In this document: piece by piece, positions 17,169-26,423 of the stretch
How positions within the stretch are numbered: position 1 is the first letter of the stretch
Layout: each line of letters opens with the position of its first letter
Origin: Gammaproteobacteria bacterium
Lineage (GTDB): Bacteria; Pseudomonadota; Gammaproteobacteria; Eutrophobiales; Eutrophobiaceae
Assembly: GCA_965116495.1 (NCBI GenBank)
Contig: OZ220696.1
Coordinates: 1,075,493-1,139,492, forward strand
DNA: 64,000 nucleotides
Direction of reading: 5' to 3'
Program-made: the position numbers and the translations under genes
Notes under the pieces: generated by a model
The model's input: only the letters and a program-made list of their open reading frames with translations
The model's database searches: none
Told to the model about the DNA's origin: nothing

Positions 17169-18527
17169 TTAACGGCGGAAACCGCGCTGCTGCATATTAC
17201 CGCCCATTGCGCGCATCATGTTTTCCATGCCGCCTTTTTTACTCAGCTTTTTCATCATCTTCTGCATCCGGTTGAACTGCTTCAACAGGCGATTGATATC
17301 CTGGATCTGGGTCCCTGAGCCGGAAGCAATGCGTTTTTTCCTGGAACCGTTGATGACGGCCGGAAAGCGCCGTTCTCCGGGCGTCATGGAATTAATGATC
17401 GCCTCTGTTTTTACCAGTTCCCGCTCCTGGCCCCCGATATCCGCAGGCATCTGCTGCATCCCCGGCATCTTGTCAAGCAGACCGGTCAGCCCCCCCATGC
17501 GCTGCATCTGCCGGACCTGGTCGCGAAAATCATCCAGGTCAAACCCCTTTCCCTTTTTCAGCTTCCTGGCGATCTTTTTCGCCTTTTCCTGGTCCGTTTT
17601 TTCCTCCACCTCCTCAATCAGGCTCAACATGTCGCCCATGCCCAGAATGCGCGAGGCAATCCTGTCGGGGTGAAATCCGGACAACTCCGAGGTTTTCTCA
17701 CCGGTACCCAGGAACAGGATAGGCTTGCCGGTGACATGCCGGACCGACAGCGCCGCTCCGCCCCGGGCGTCTCCATCCGCTTTCGTCAATATGACGCCGG
17801 TCAGGTCCAGGGCATCGTTAAACGCCCGGGCTGCATTTACCGCATCCTGGCCCATCATGCTGTCCACCAGGAACAGGGTATCAGTCGGGCTAAGCGCGCC
17901 ATGGATGTGTTGAATCTCCGCCATCATTTCATCGTCGATGTGCAACCTTCCGGCAGTATCGACAATCAGGACGTCGGCAAACATCGCCCTGGCGTGTTTC
18001 AGCGCTGCCTTGGCAATGTCTACGGGTTTTTGCTTCCCATCAGCCGGATAGTATTCCAGTTGATTTTCCTGCGCCAGTACCCGCAACTGTTCCAGGGCCG
18101 CAGGCCGGTAGATATCGCAACTGGCCACTACTACTGACTTGCCGTGCTTGTCCCGGCACCAGTTGCCCAGCTTGGCCACCGTCGTGGTCTTGCCGGCGCC
18201 CTGCAAGCCCGCCATCAGAATGACTGCGGGTGGCGGGACGCTTAAATTCAATGAGGCCTGTTCATCTCCCATCAAATGGACCAGTTCATCCTGCACAATT
18301 TTGACGACGGCCTGTCCCGGGCTGAGGCTGGCCGATACCTCCCGGCCCAGCGCCTTGCTTTCGACCCGCTCGAGAAACGCCTTGACGACCGGCAAGGCTA
18401 CGTCTGCCTCCAGCAAGGCCAGGCGTACATCCCGCATGGTGTCCCTGACATTATCTTCCGTCAGGCGCGCATGCCCTCTCAATTGCTGGATGATACGGCT
18501 GAACCGCCCGGTTAAATTTTCAAACAT
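17169..18527 (-). CDS. ffh: Signal recognition particle protein Ffh
   Basis: 452 aa with an N/G GTPase domain (GLQGAGKTT) and a Met-rich M domain. Confidence 0.92.
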   Translation of the reverse strand: MFENLTGRFSRIIQQLRGHARLTEDNVRDTMRDVRLALLEADVALPVVKAFLERVESKALGREVSASLSPGQAVVKIVQDELVHLMGDEQASLNLSVPPPAVILMAGLQGAGKTTTVAKLGNWCRDKHGKSVVVASCDIYRPAALEQLRVLAQENQLEYYPADGKQKPVDIAKAALKHARAMFADVLIVDTAGRLHIDDEMMAEIQHIHGALSPTDTLFLVDSMMGQDAVNAARAFNDALDLTGVILTKADGDARGGAALSVRHVTGKPILFLGTGEKTSELSGFHPDRIASRILGMGDMLSLIEEVEEKTDQEKAKKIARKLKKGKGFDLDDFRDQVRQMQRMGGLTGLLDKMPGMQQMPADIGGQERELVKTEAIINSMTPGERRFPAVINGSRKKRIASGSGTQIQDINRLLKQFNRMQKMMKKLSKKGGMENMMRAMGGNMQQRGFRR

Positions 18528-18547
18528 GTTGCCCTCTTGTTATATAT

Positions 18548-18696
18548 ATCCGCAGATGGCGCGGATTTACGCAGATTATATGTGAATTTTACCGGTAACA
18601 ATCGAAATCCGGCAGGCAATCTGACATCCGTTCACAATTCGAGTAAACTCGTTTTATTAAAACCGTTACGCAATATCATCTGCGCTAATCTGCGGA
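18548..18696. repeat. CGCAGAT-iteron inverted-repeat element, copy 4 (right arm shortened to two iterons), in the divergent ffh / ypjD region
   Basis: ATCCGCAGATGGCGCGGATTTACGCAGAT ... ATCTGCGCTAATCTGCGGA. Confidence 0.85.
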
Positions 18697-18703
18697 CTAC
18701 TAA

Positions 18704-19519
18704 ATGGAAACCGGCATTATCATCGTTATCGGCACAATTCTATTCTACTTACTGGTCACTGGCTGGTTGGGAAACAGAATATTTCGCCTGCACCTTACGA
18801 CGGAGGCATTTAACCACCCGATTGCCGCGCTTGCGGGCCTGGCGCTGTCAGGTCACGCCTTGATTCTCTACCAGGAAATCCTGGTCCATCAAGGCTTCAA
18901 CCTGGGCTTTTACCATGCCCTCTCCCTTGTATGCTGGGTAATTGCCCTGCTTGCCGTCCTGACGGGTCTGTTCAGCGCCATGATCAACCTGGTTGTCATC
19001 TTCTTCCCGATTGCCGCGCTTGCGCTATTACTGGAAATTGCCCTGCCAGTCGAAAATATCATCCCCGGCGGCATTGCTGCCGGACTGAAGATACATATCT
19101 TGCTGTCGGTAACAGCATACAGCCTGCTCACAATAGGCGCACTGCAAGCGCTGATCCTGGCCGTTGAGGAAACGCGGCTGCGTAAAAAGCAACCCGTGAA
19201 AGTCATGAATATCCTGCCTCCCATGCAAACCCTGGAGGAGTTGCTGGTGCAGATATTGACGATCGGTTTTTTTCTCCTCAGCCTGAGTCTGGCCACAGGT
19301 TTGATGTTCCTGCACGACATGCTGGGGCAGCATTTGTCCCATAAAGTGGTTCTATCCGTCCTGGCCTGGTTCATTTTTGCGGTTGTCCTCTGGGGAAGAT
19401 GGGCCCGCGGCTGGCGCGGCCGTAAACTGATCCAGTGGACCCTAGGCGGCTTTGCTTCCCTGTTGCTGGCGTATTTCGGTTCGAAACTCGTCCTGGAACT
19501 CATTCTCCAGCGAGTCTGA
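18704..19519 (+). CDS. ypjD: Cytochrome c assembly family inner-membrane protein (YpjD-like)
   Basis: 8-TM protein divergent from ffh, as in E. coli; CcsA-like C-terminal W-rich region. Confidence 0.75.
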   Translation: METGIIIVIGTILFYLLVTGWLGNRIFRLHLTTEAFNHPIAALAGLALSGHALILYQEILVHQGFNLGFYHALSLVCWVIALLAVLTGLFSAMINLVVIFFPIAALALLLEIALPVENIIPGGIAAGLKIHILLSVTAYSLLTIGALQALILAVEETRLRKKQPVKVMNILPPMQTLEELLVQILTIGFFLLSLSLATGLMFLHDMLGQHLSHKVVLSVLAWFIFAVVLWGRWARGWRGRKLIQWTLGGFASLLLAYFGSKLVLELILQRV

Positions 19520-19544
19520 CCGGCAGCGCGCGCGTGACCGGGAA

Positions 19545-19715
19545 TGAGTCACCGGCTGGATTCCGGCTTGCGCCGGAATGACGAGGGTTGCGCCGGAATG
19601 ACAGGGGTTGTGCCGGAATGACGAAAACGTCATGCCGGGCCTGACCCGGCATCTACTGGGTTCCGGCTTGCGCCAAATGGCTGGGGTTGCGCCGGAATGA
19701 CACTTGCATCCTCCC
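19545..19715. repeat. Array of GCGCCGGAATGAC REP-type units plus a GTCATGCCGGG...CCCGGCATCTAC palindrome
   Basis: Direct reading of the sequence. The reverse strand would encode the well-known spurious VIPAQAGIQ peptide. Confidence 0.85.
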
Positions 19716-19763
19716 ATTGAATAAGTAGACAATATCCGTCCACTCCAAACTGAGGCTATACCC

Positions 19764-21020
19764 GTGGACGATGTTTCACTTTACCTGTTATCCGGCTCTC
19801 TTATCCTGCTGATCGCCGTAGCCGCATTCTTTTCCGGTTCCGAAACCAGCATGATGGCCGTCAATCGCTACCGCCTGCGCCATCTTGCCGATGACGGGCA
19901 CAAGGGCGCCATGCTGACCGCCAACCTGCTGGAACGACCAGACCGCCTGCTGGGCCTGATACTGTTCTGTAATAACATCGTCAACTTCTATGTCGCCGCC
20001 CTCGGCGTGGTTATTGCGGTGAGGTTGATGGGCGATATCGGTTATGCGCTGGGGCCGGTGATACTTACCTTTATTTTTCTGGTATTGGCCGAGGCCGCGC
20101 CAAAAACCATGGCCGCATATCACCCGGAACGTTTCGCCTTTCCCGCGTCCTATATCCTGAGACCGCTGTCAGTCATCTGCCAGCCTTTCGTCTTGACAAT
20201 CAACTGGCTCGCCAACAACCTCCTGGCAATGCTGCGCTTCAAACTGGAAGAAGCACAGCAAACCAGCCTGTCGCGGGAAGAACTGAAGACCGCGCTTTCG
20301 GAAGCCGGCAAGATGCTCCCCTCCAGACACCTGGAAATGCTGCATGGCATCCTCGACCTGGAACAGGTCACGGTAGAAGACATCATGGTGCCGCGTGCTG
20401 AAATAACGGGACTGGATATCAACGATGATTTGACAGAAAATCTGAATTACGTCAGCCAGGGTTCCCATACCCGCCTGCCGCTATACCGGGACAGCCTGGA
20501 TGAGGTTATCGGCGTTATTCACGTACGGCGCGTCATACGCCTGTTGAAAGACACCAGTGAAATCACCCTGGAAGATCTGGAACAAATTGCTGAAGAGCCT
20601 CATTTCGTCCCGCTCAGCACGTCGCTGAACGCACAGTTGCTGAATTTTCAGCGGACTAAAAAACGCCTGGGATTTGTGGTTGACGAATACGGGACAATCC
20701 AGGGCCTGGTTACCCTGGCCGATATCCTGGAAGAGATAGTCGGCGAGTTCACGACGGACCTGCAGACCTACAGTGCCGACATCACCACCCAGGATGACGG
20801 ATCATTCATCATTGACGGCAGCGCAACCCTGCGAGAGATAAACCGGGAACTGGACTGGAAACTGCCGGCCAGCGGGCCAAAAACCCTGAACGGGCTAATC
20901 CTGGAACGGCTGGAGACCATGCCGGAACCGGGTACGACCCTGAAGCTTGATAACTTCACACTGGAAATTACCCAGGTAATGGACAACGCGGTGAAGTCGG
21001 TCAGGGTGAAACTGTTATAA
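19764..21020 (+). CDS. HlyC/CorC family transporter (DUF21-CBS pair-CorC_HlyC; YfjD-like)
   Basis: 418 aa with an N-terminal 4-TM DUF21, CBS region, and C-terminal transporter-associated domain. Confidence 0.85.
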   Translation: MDDVSLYLLSGSLILLIAVAAFFSGSETSMMAVNRYRLRHLADDGHKGAMLTANLLERPDRLLGLILFCNNIVNFYVAALGVVIAVRLMGDIGYALGPVILTFIFLVLAEAAPKTMAAYHPERFAFPASYILRPLSVICQPFVLTINWLANNLLAMLRFKLEEAQQTSLSREELKTALSEAGKMLPSRHLEMLHGILDLEQVTVEDIMVPRAEITGLDINDDLTENLNYVSQGSHTRLPLYRDSLDEVIGVIHVRRVIRLLKDTSEITLEDLEQIAEEPHFVPLSTSLNAQLLNFQRTKKRLGFVVDEYGTIQGLVTLADILEEIVGEFTTDLQTYSADITTQDDGSFIIDGSATLREINRELDWKLPASGPKTLNGLILERLETMPEPGTTLKLDNFTLEITQVMDNAVKSVRVKLL

Positions 21021-21026
21021 TCCGGG

Positions 21027-22769
21027 TTATGCCTTGACACTGACGGTGACGATATCCGCATCGCTGTACTGCTGGTGGCGCACCGATGAGGCAAAGTGGC
21101 GTAACAAGCGCAGGGAAATCTCGTGTTCGACGGCGTCTTCGGAGGCCTGCCTGCCGAGCAGAGCCATGCGATCCTCGATGTTGCCCGTGTCTGCGGCAGC
21201 GATAAATTCCAGCTCCGCCATCCCGTTATCTTCCCAGGCCACCAGCAGCAGGCGGCGTTTTTTATCCGCCTCCGCATCATCATCCAACCGGCACAGTATC
21301 AACAGGGTCTCCTCAGCGACCAGGCATAAGCGATCGGCCGCCTCCGCGCTCCAGCCCTTGCCCGAGGTGAACCCACCCAGGAATTCCTTGATTCTGTCCA
21401 GGGCACTCATGTCCATATCAGTCTCTATACGGCGCCGGCGCGGGCCCGTAAGGTTCAGAAAAACCGTCAGCAGGATTGCCGTTAGACCGCCGGCCGTCAT
21501 ACCGTTACCAAGCAGGTCCCTCAGCCAATCGTTCAGGTAATCCGCGAAAAACATATCGTTCTGGAAACCTGAACCCACCCAGAATGAGACCCCCACCAGT
21601 ACCGCCTTGCGATAACCGACACCATCCTGTATGACGACCTGCATTCCGAGTACGAACAGAACACCCAGGATCACAATCAGGTAAGACCCGATTACGGGGT
21701 CCGGTATCGCCAGGAACAGACCGATCAACTTGGGTAGAAACGCCATTATCAAAAACAGTATTCCGACACAGGCGCCGACGCGCCGGGCAGCAACTCCGGT
21801 GATCTCCACGAGTGCGATACTGGAGGAATAGGTGGTATTGGGCACAGTGCCTGCAAACCCCGACAACAGGTTGCCCAGACCATCGGCAGCGACTGCGCCC
21901 TGCACGGTGCGGAAATCGGTGGCGCGCGGCTTGCGCCATGCCACTCTCTGAATCGCGACGGCATCGCCAATGGTTTCAATAGCGCCCACCAGGGTCACGA
22001 ATATGAAGGCCGGCAACAGCGTCCAGAAAACAATGCCGAACTCCAGGTCGAAACCCGGCCAACTGGTTGCGTCCGGGAGCCCGATCCAGGACGCTTCCAG
22101 TACCCGGTTTACGTCGTAAAGACCGAACCAGGCAGCGACGAAACAGCCTGTGACTATCCCGATCATCGGCGCCCAGAGACGCAACACCCCCGTGGCGCAA
22201 AATATCAATACCAGGGTAGCGACGAAAGTCGCGATTGCACAGGCAGGCGCTGCCACAGCCGGTGTTCCGGCCGGTGCCTGAGTCAGCATATCAAAGGCAA
22301 TCGGCATGATGGTGACCGAGATCAGCATAATGACGGTACCGGCAACGGCCGGTGTAATGAGCCGCCGGAACAGGGCGAGACGCTCGGAGAGAGCAAACTG
22401 AAACAGTGATGAGATGACGACCAGGGTCGCGAGCATCCCCGGGCCGCCTTCAGCCAATGCAGTGACACAGACTGCGATAAATGCACCGGAAGTTCCCATA
22501 AGCAGGGGATATCCCGCGCCGACCCGTCCAAGCCGGACTGCCTGTATGACCGTAGTCAGACCGCTGACGGCAAGTGCGGTAAAGACGGCCCATGTCAGGT
22601 AAGCTTCACTCTCGCCGGCTGCCCGGACGATGATCGCCGGAGTGAGTACGATGCCGCCTATGATGAGCGCGGCATACTGGAAACCAAGACCCAGAGAAAG
22701 TGCGCCAGAGAGACGTTCATCAGGTTCATAGCGGATATTCTGATTGACCGGGGCTGTTTCTGTTTGCAT
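21027..22769 (-). CDS. NCS2-like permease with an extra ~140-aa C-terminal cytoplasmic domain
   Basis: N-terminal LGLGFQYAALIIGGIVLTPAII and about 12 TM segments; the C-terminal soluble domain has no recognisable family. Confidence 0.5.
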   Translation of the reverse strand: MQTETAPVNQNIRYEPDERLSGALSLGLGFQYAALIIGGIVLTPAIIVRAAGESEAYLTWAVFTALAVSGLTTVIQAVRLGRVGAGYPLLMGTSGAFIAVCVTALAEGGPGMLATLVVISSLFQFALSERLALFRRLITPAVAGTVIMLISVTIMPIAFDMLTQAPAGTPAVAAPACAIATFVATLVLIFCATGVLRLWAPMIGIVTGCFVAAWFGLYDVNRVLEASWIGLPDATSWPGFDLEFGIVFWTLLPAFIFVTLVGAIETIGDAVAIQRVAWRKPRATDFRTVQGAVAADGLGNLLSGFAGTVPNTTYSSSIALVEITGVAARRVGACVGILFLIMAFLPKLIGLFLAIPDPVIGSYLIVILGVLFVLGMQVVIQDGVGYRKAVLVGVSFWVGSGFQNDMFFADYLNDWLRDLLGNGMTAGGLTAILLTVFLNLTGPRRRRIETDMDMSALDRIKEFLGGFTSGKGWSAEAADRLCLVAEETLLILCRLDDDAEADKKRRLLLVAWEDNGMAELEFIAAADTGNIEDRMALLGRQASEDAVEHEISLRLLRHFASSVRHQQYSDADIVTVSVKA

Positions 22770-22882
22770 TATGAAAATTCTGTATTTGTAATTTATATGG
22801 GATTATGACAGTGTTGTCGGGGCCACAAAGACGAAAGCAGTCTAACACCTGACCGCCATACAACCAACAGCCGGAAGAGCCT

Positions 22883-23569
22883 ATGGATAAAACGAAAATC
22901 ACATTGCTGACAATTGTCATCGTATTGGTGGTGCTGTTTTTTGTTTTCGACCTGGGCCAGTATTTCAACCTGGAATACCTGAAGGAGAAGCAGGCCGTCA
23001 TGGATGCCTATTATGAGCGGGAACCATTAACAACAGCCGTCTCCTTCTTTTTCCTGTATGTCATCATTACCGGCCTGTCCCTGCCGGGGGCAGCCATCCT
23101 TACCTTGGCCGCCGGCGCCATTTTCGGTGTGCTCTGGGGAACCATAGTCGTGTCCTTTGCTTCCACCATAGGGGCAACGCTCGCATTCCTGGTCTCACGC
23201 TACCTGTTCCGGGAAGCCATACAAGGACGTTTTGCCGACAAGTTAACCGCCATCAACAGGGGGATTGACGAGGAAGGCGCATTTTACCTGTTCACCCTGC
23301 GCCTGGTGCCCATATTCCCGTTTTTCATCATCAACCTGGTGATGGGCCTGACTACCATCAAGGCGTTGACCTTCTTTCTCGTCAGCCAGGTCGGGATGCT
23401 GGCCGGGACTGTCGTTTACGTGAACGCCGGTACCCAGATTGCGAAAATTGAACAACTCAAGGATATCGCATCACCGGAGTTGATATTGTCTTTTGTGCTG
23501 CTGGGCATCTTCCCGCTGTTGGCGAAAAAAACAGTCGATTACCTGAAAAAACGTAAAATCCGCAGATGA
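22883..23569 (+). CDS. TVP38/TMEM64 (DedA-like) family membrane protein
   Basis: 228 aa with a characteristic ...LRLVPIFPFFIINLVMGLT core; next to a pyridine nucleotide-disulfide oxidoreductase, which is a common pairing. Confidence 0.8.
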   Translation: MDKTKITLLTIVIVLVVLFFVFDLGQYFNLEYLKEKQAVMDAYYEREPLTTAVSFFFLYVIITGLSLPGAAILTLAAGAIFGVLWGTIVVSFASTIGATLAFLVSRYLFREAIQGRFADKLTAINRGIDEEGAFYLFTLRLVPIFPFFIINLVMGLTTIKALTFFLVSQVGMLAGTVVYVNAGTQIAKIEQLKDIASPELILSFVLLGIFPLLAKKTVDYLKKRKIRR

Positions 23570-23654
23570 CGCACTCCTGCCTAAAGCATGCAGAGGCATG
23601 GATTAACGCAGATTTTTTTGGAATGATTTCGAATTGTATTGGCCATTCCTGCAC

Positions 23655-23686
23655 CTCTTCGTCATTCCCGCGCAGGCGGGAATCCA
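23655..23686. repeat. REP-type palindrome CGTCATTCCCGCGCAGGCGGGAATCCAG
   Basis: Direct reading of the sequence. A solo CGCAGAT-arm remnant (GATTAACGCAGAT) lies at 23593-23606. Confidence 0.85.
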
Positions 23687-23738
23687 GTAACCAAACAGTC
23701 GCCTTTCAGGCGACACTTTATCACCAAGATCTGCGCGC

Positions 23739-25091
23739 ATGAGTGAATACGACTATGATTTGTTTGTGATCGGCGCCGGGTCCGGCGGCGTACGCGCTGC
23801 GCGCATGGCAGGCGGGTTCGGCGCCCGGGTCGCCATCGCCGAAGACCGTTACCTGGGCGGCACCTGCGTCAATGTCGGCTGTATCCCGAAAAAGCTGTTT
23901 GTGTATGCCTCACATTTTGCCGAAGATTTTCATGATGCGGCGGGTTATGGCTGGCATGTCGCCGGACCTGTTTTTAAATGGGATGAGCTTCTACATAATA
24001 AAAATAAAGAAATCAGTAGATTAAATAGTATATATAAGAATTTACTGGAACGTAACGGAGTGCGCGTGTTTGACGGCAGGGCCGAACTTGGCGGACCTAA
24101 TACCGTTCGTATCAACGGCGAGAGCGTCAGCGCGCAGCGGATACTGGTGGCAACGGGTGGTTGGCCGCATATCCCGGACATCCCCGGCAAAGAATACATT
24201 ATCTCATCCAACGAAGCTTTTTTTGTTGAGTCCTTACCAGCCAGTGTGGTGATCGTGGGCGGCGGCTATATCGCGGTCGAATTTGCCGGCATCTTTCACG
24301 GCCTTGGCGTGGACACTACCCTGGTATATCGCGGCGACCTGTTCCTGCGGGGATTCGACGGGGAGATGCGCGGGTTTCTTGCAGAACAGATGCGTCAGAA
24401 AGGAATCAATCTGCTCTTCAACACCCGGATAGATAGCATAGACAGGCAAAACGGCTGCTACCTGGTGAACTCCCCCGATACCGGGACTATAACAACTGAC
24501 CTGGTCATGTATGCCACCGGACGGCGGCCCAACACGAACGGTCTGGGGCTGGAAACGGCCGGGGTGCAACTCAACGATAAAGGCGCCATAGTGGTCGATG
24601 TCGAATACCGCAGTTCGACCCCTTCCATTTACGCCATCGGCGATGTAACCGACCGGATGAACCTGACCCCCGTCGCCACAGCAGAGGGAACGGCACTGGC
24701 CAACAACCTCTATAACAACCAGTCAAGACGCGTCGATTACCGCGCTATCCCCACCTGCATATTCAGCCAGCCCAACCTGGGCACCGTGGGCCTCACCGAG
24801 GAACAGGCCCGGCAGGAATATACAAACGTCGAAATCTACAAGTCCAGGTTCACCAACCTGAAACACACCTTGACCGGCAACAGCGAAAAGACATTGATGA
24901 AGATCATCGTCGACAAGGACACCGACAAGGTCCTTGGCGTACACATGGTCGGCGCAGACGCTGGCGAGATTATCCAGGGCATAGGTATCGCCCTCAAGGC
25001 CGGCGCCACCAAAGCGACATTCGACGCCACCATCGGTATTCATCCGACCGTAGCGGAAGAGTTTGTTACGATGCGCGAACCTGCGGCATAG
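23739..25091 (+). CDS. gor: Glutathione-disulfide reductase
   Basis: [13 protein letters not shown] redox-active disulfide and C-terminal HPTVAEE dimer-interface motif; 450 aa. Confidence 0.85.
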   Translation: MSEYDYDLFVIGAGSGGVRAARMAGGFGARVAIAEDRYLGGTCVNVGCIPKKLFVYASHFAEDFHDAAGYGWHVAGPVFKWDELLHNKNKEISRLNSIYKNLLERNGVRVFDGRAELGGPNTVRINGESVSAQRILVATGGWPHIPDIPGKEYIISSNEAFFVESLPASVVIVGGGYIAVEFAGIFHGLGVDTTLVYRGDLFLRGFDGEMRGFLAEQMRQKGINLLFNTRIDSIDRQNGCYLVNSPDTGTITTDLVMYATGRRPNTNGLGLETAGVQLNDKGAIVVDVEYRSSTPSIYAIGDVTDRMNLTPVATAEGTALANNLYNNQSRRVDYRAIPTCIFSQPNLGTVGLTEEQARQEYTNVEIYKSRFTNLKHTLTGNSEKTLMKIIVDKDTDKVLGVHMVGADAGEIIQGIGIALKAGATKATFDATIGIHPTVAEEFVTMREPAA

Positions 25092-25235
25092 AACATATAC
25101 AGGTTAGAATCCCTGACGGCCAATCAAATACCCCCTGTTCTACCGTTCCAGTTGTCCCTTATCGCAACTGCCGGTGCGCATTTCTTTCCGATCCATTGCC
25201 CTTGTATGCTTTATGCAGGATGCGTCATCTGGGGA

Positions 25236-25270
25236 TTAAGGAACCTCTGACATAATCAGAGGTTCCTTAA
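25236..25270. terminator. Perfect 15-bp stem hairpin (TTAAGGAACCTCTGA-CATAA-TCAGAGGTTCCTTAA) at the 3' end of the NmrA-like gene, between convergent genes
   Basis: Direct reading of the sequence. Confidence 0.75.
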
Positions 25271-26130
25271 TTATTCTTTTCAAAAAATGTGGAGTAGTCC
25301 CGGAAGAACCGGCGCAGTGTTATGGGCGCCCTGCCCGTTACCCGGGTGTAGTTATCGGTGAGCAATGCGCCGCGGCCTTGTGCGGTCAGTTCGAACATCT
25401 CCGAGACGGTCTCCACGTACCAGTCGTCGGGGACCCAGCGCGCCAGCGATTGTTTGAATTCCTCTGCCGGAACGTTAACATAACTGATTTCCCTGCCCAT
25501 CACTTCGGATAACTGCACCGCGATGTCGTGGAACGAGACCAGTTCGAGCCCCGTGATCTCGTAGGTTTCACCATCGTGACCTGAACCGGTCAATACATCC
25601 AGGATAAAGCGCGCCACGTCGCGCACGTCGATAATGCCCACCTCCCCGTCACGCATCGGCATGTAGAATTTATCCTCCGCCACGATGGTGCCGGTAATGT
25701 GAAGCATGTTCTGCATGAAGAAATTCGGACGTACCAGGGTATAGCCCAGGCCGGATTCCCGTATATATTGCTCGGCATCGCCGTGGTAGCGCTTCAGCAG
25801 TGATGTTGAATTCGAATTCGCCCCGTTAGCCGACATTTTCACAAGGTAACTGATCTCAGCGGCCCGGGCCGCGTCCACAAAGCCTTTTTCCAGCTCCAGT
25901 TGCTCCCTGGCGTTCGCCATCAGTAAAAATGCCTTGTCACAACCCTGCATGGCTTCCTTGACGGTAGCCGGGTCCCCCAGGTCACCGCAGACCACCTCGA
26001 CGCCGACAGCCGTTAGTGCACCTGCCTTGCCCGAATCCCTGATCAAGCCCCTGGCTTGAAGCTTATATTCAGGCAGGAGTTTTAAGATTTCCGTGCCGAC
26101 CGCGCCGGTCAGTCCTGTGAATAAAATCAC
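25267..26130 (-). CDS. NmrA-like / atypical SDR NAD(P)-binding protein
   Basis: N-terminal ILFTGLTGAVG Rossmann motif; 287 aa. Confidence 0.75.
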   Translation of the reverse strand: MILFTGLTGAVGTEILKLLPEYKLQARGLIRDSGKAGALTAVGVEVVCGDLGDPATVKEAMQGCDKAFLLMANAREQLELEKGFVDAARAAEISYLVKMSANGANSNSTSLLKRYHGDAEQYIRESGLGYTLVRPNFFMQNMLHITGTIVAEDKFYMPMRDGEVGIIDVRDVARFILDVLTGSGHDGETYEITGLELVSFHDIAVQLSEVMGREISYVNVPAEEFKQSLARWVPDDWYVETVSEMFELTAQGRGALLTDNYTRVTGRAPITLRRFFRDYSTFFEKNN

Positions 26131-26154
26131 TATTTAATTCTCCGCTGGTAAAGG

Positions 26155-26422
26155 TAGTACTCTTTCAACTTAATATTGACATGTTCAGCGGGTCGGGAAG
26201 CGGTTGAGCGCAAGGCACGCCGCGCCGGGAATGGCGCGCCCTTGCCAAGCGGTGTAACGCCGCGGGCGACCGCTTCCCGGCCCGCCCGCAGGGAGCCACA
26301 CAGCGACGCCAATACGGCGTTGCAGCCCTTGACAAGGGCGCGCCATTCTCTGCGGGCTGCGCCTTGTCTTGACGCCGCTGTGTGGCTCTGAACATGTCAA
26401 TATTAAGTTGAAAGAGTACTAG
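26155..26422. repeat. 268-bp element: perfect 34-bp terminal inverted repeats enclosing a 200-bp, >70% GC, internally self-complementary core
   Basis: TAGTACTCTTTCAACTTAATATTGACATGTTCAG at 26155-26188 is the exact reverse complement of 26389-26422. The core has nested complementary blocks such as GGGAAGCGGT/GACCGCTTCCC and GAGCCACACAGCG/CGCTGTGTGGCTC. Confidence 0.85.
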
Positions 26423-26423
26423 C

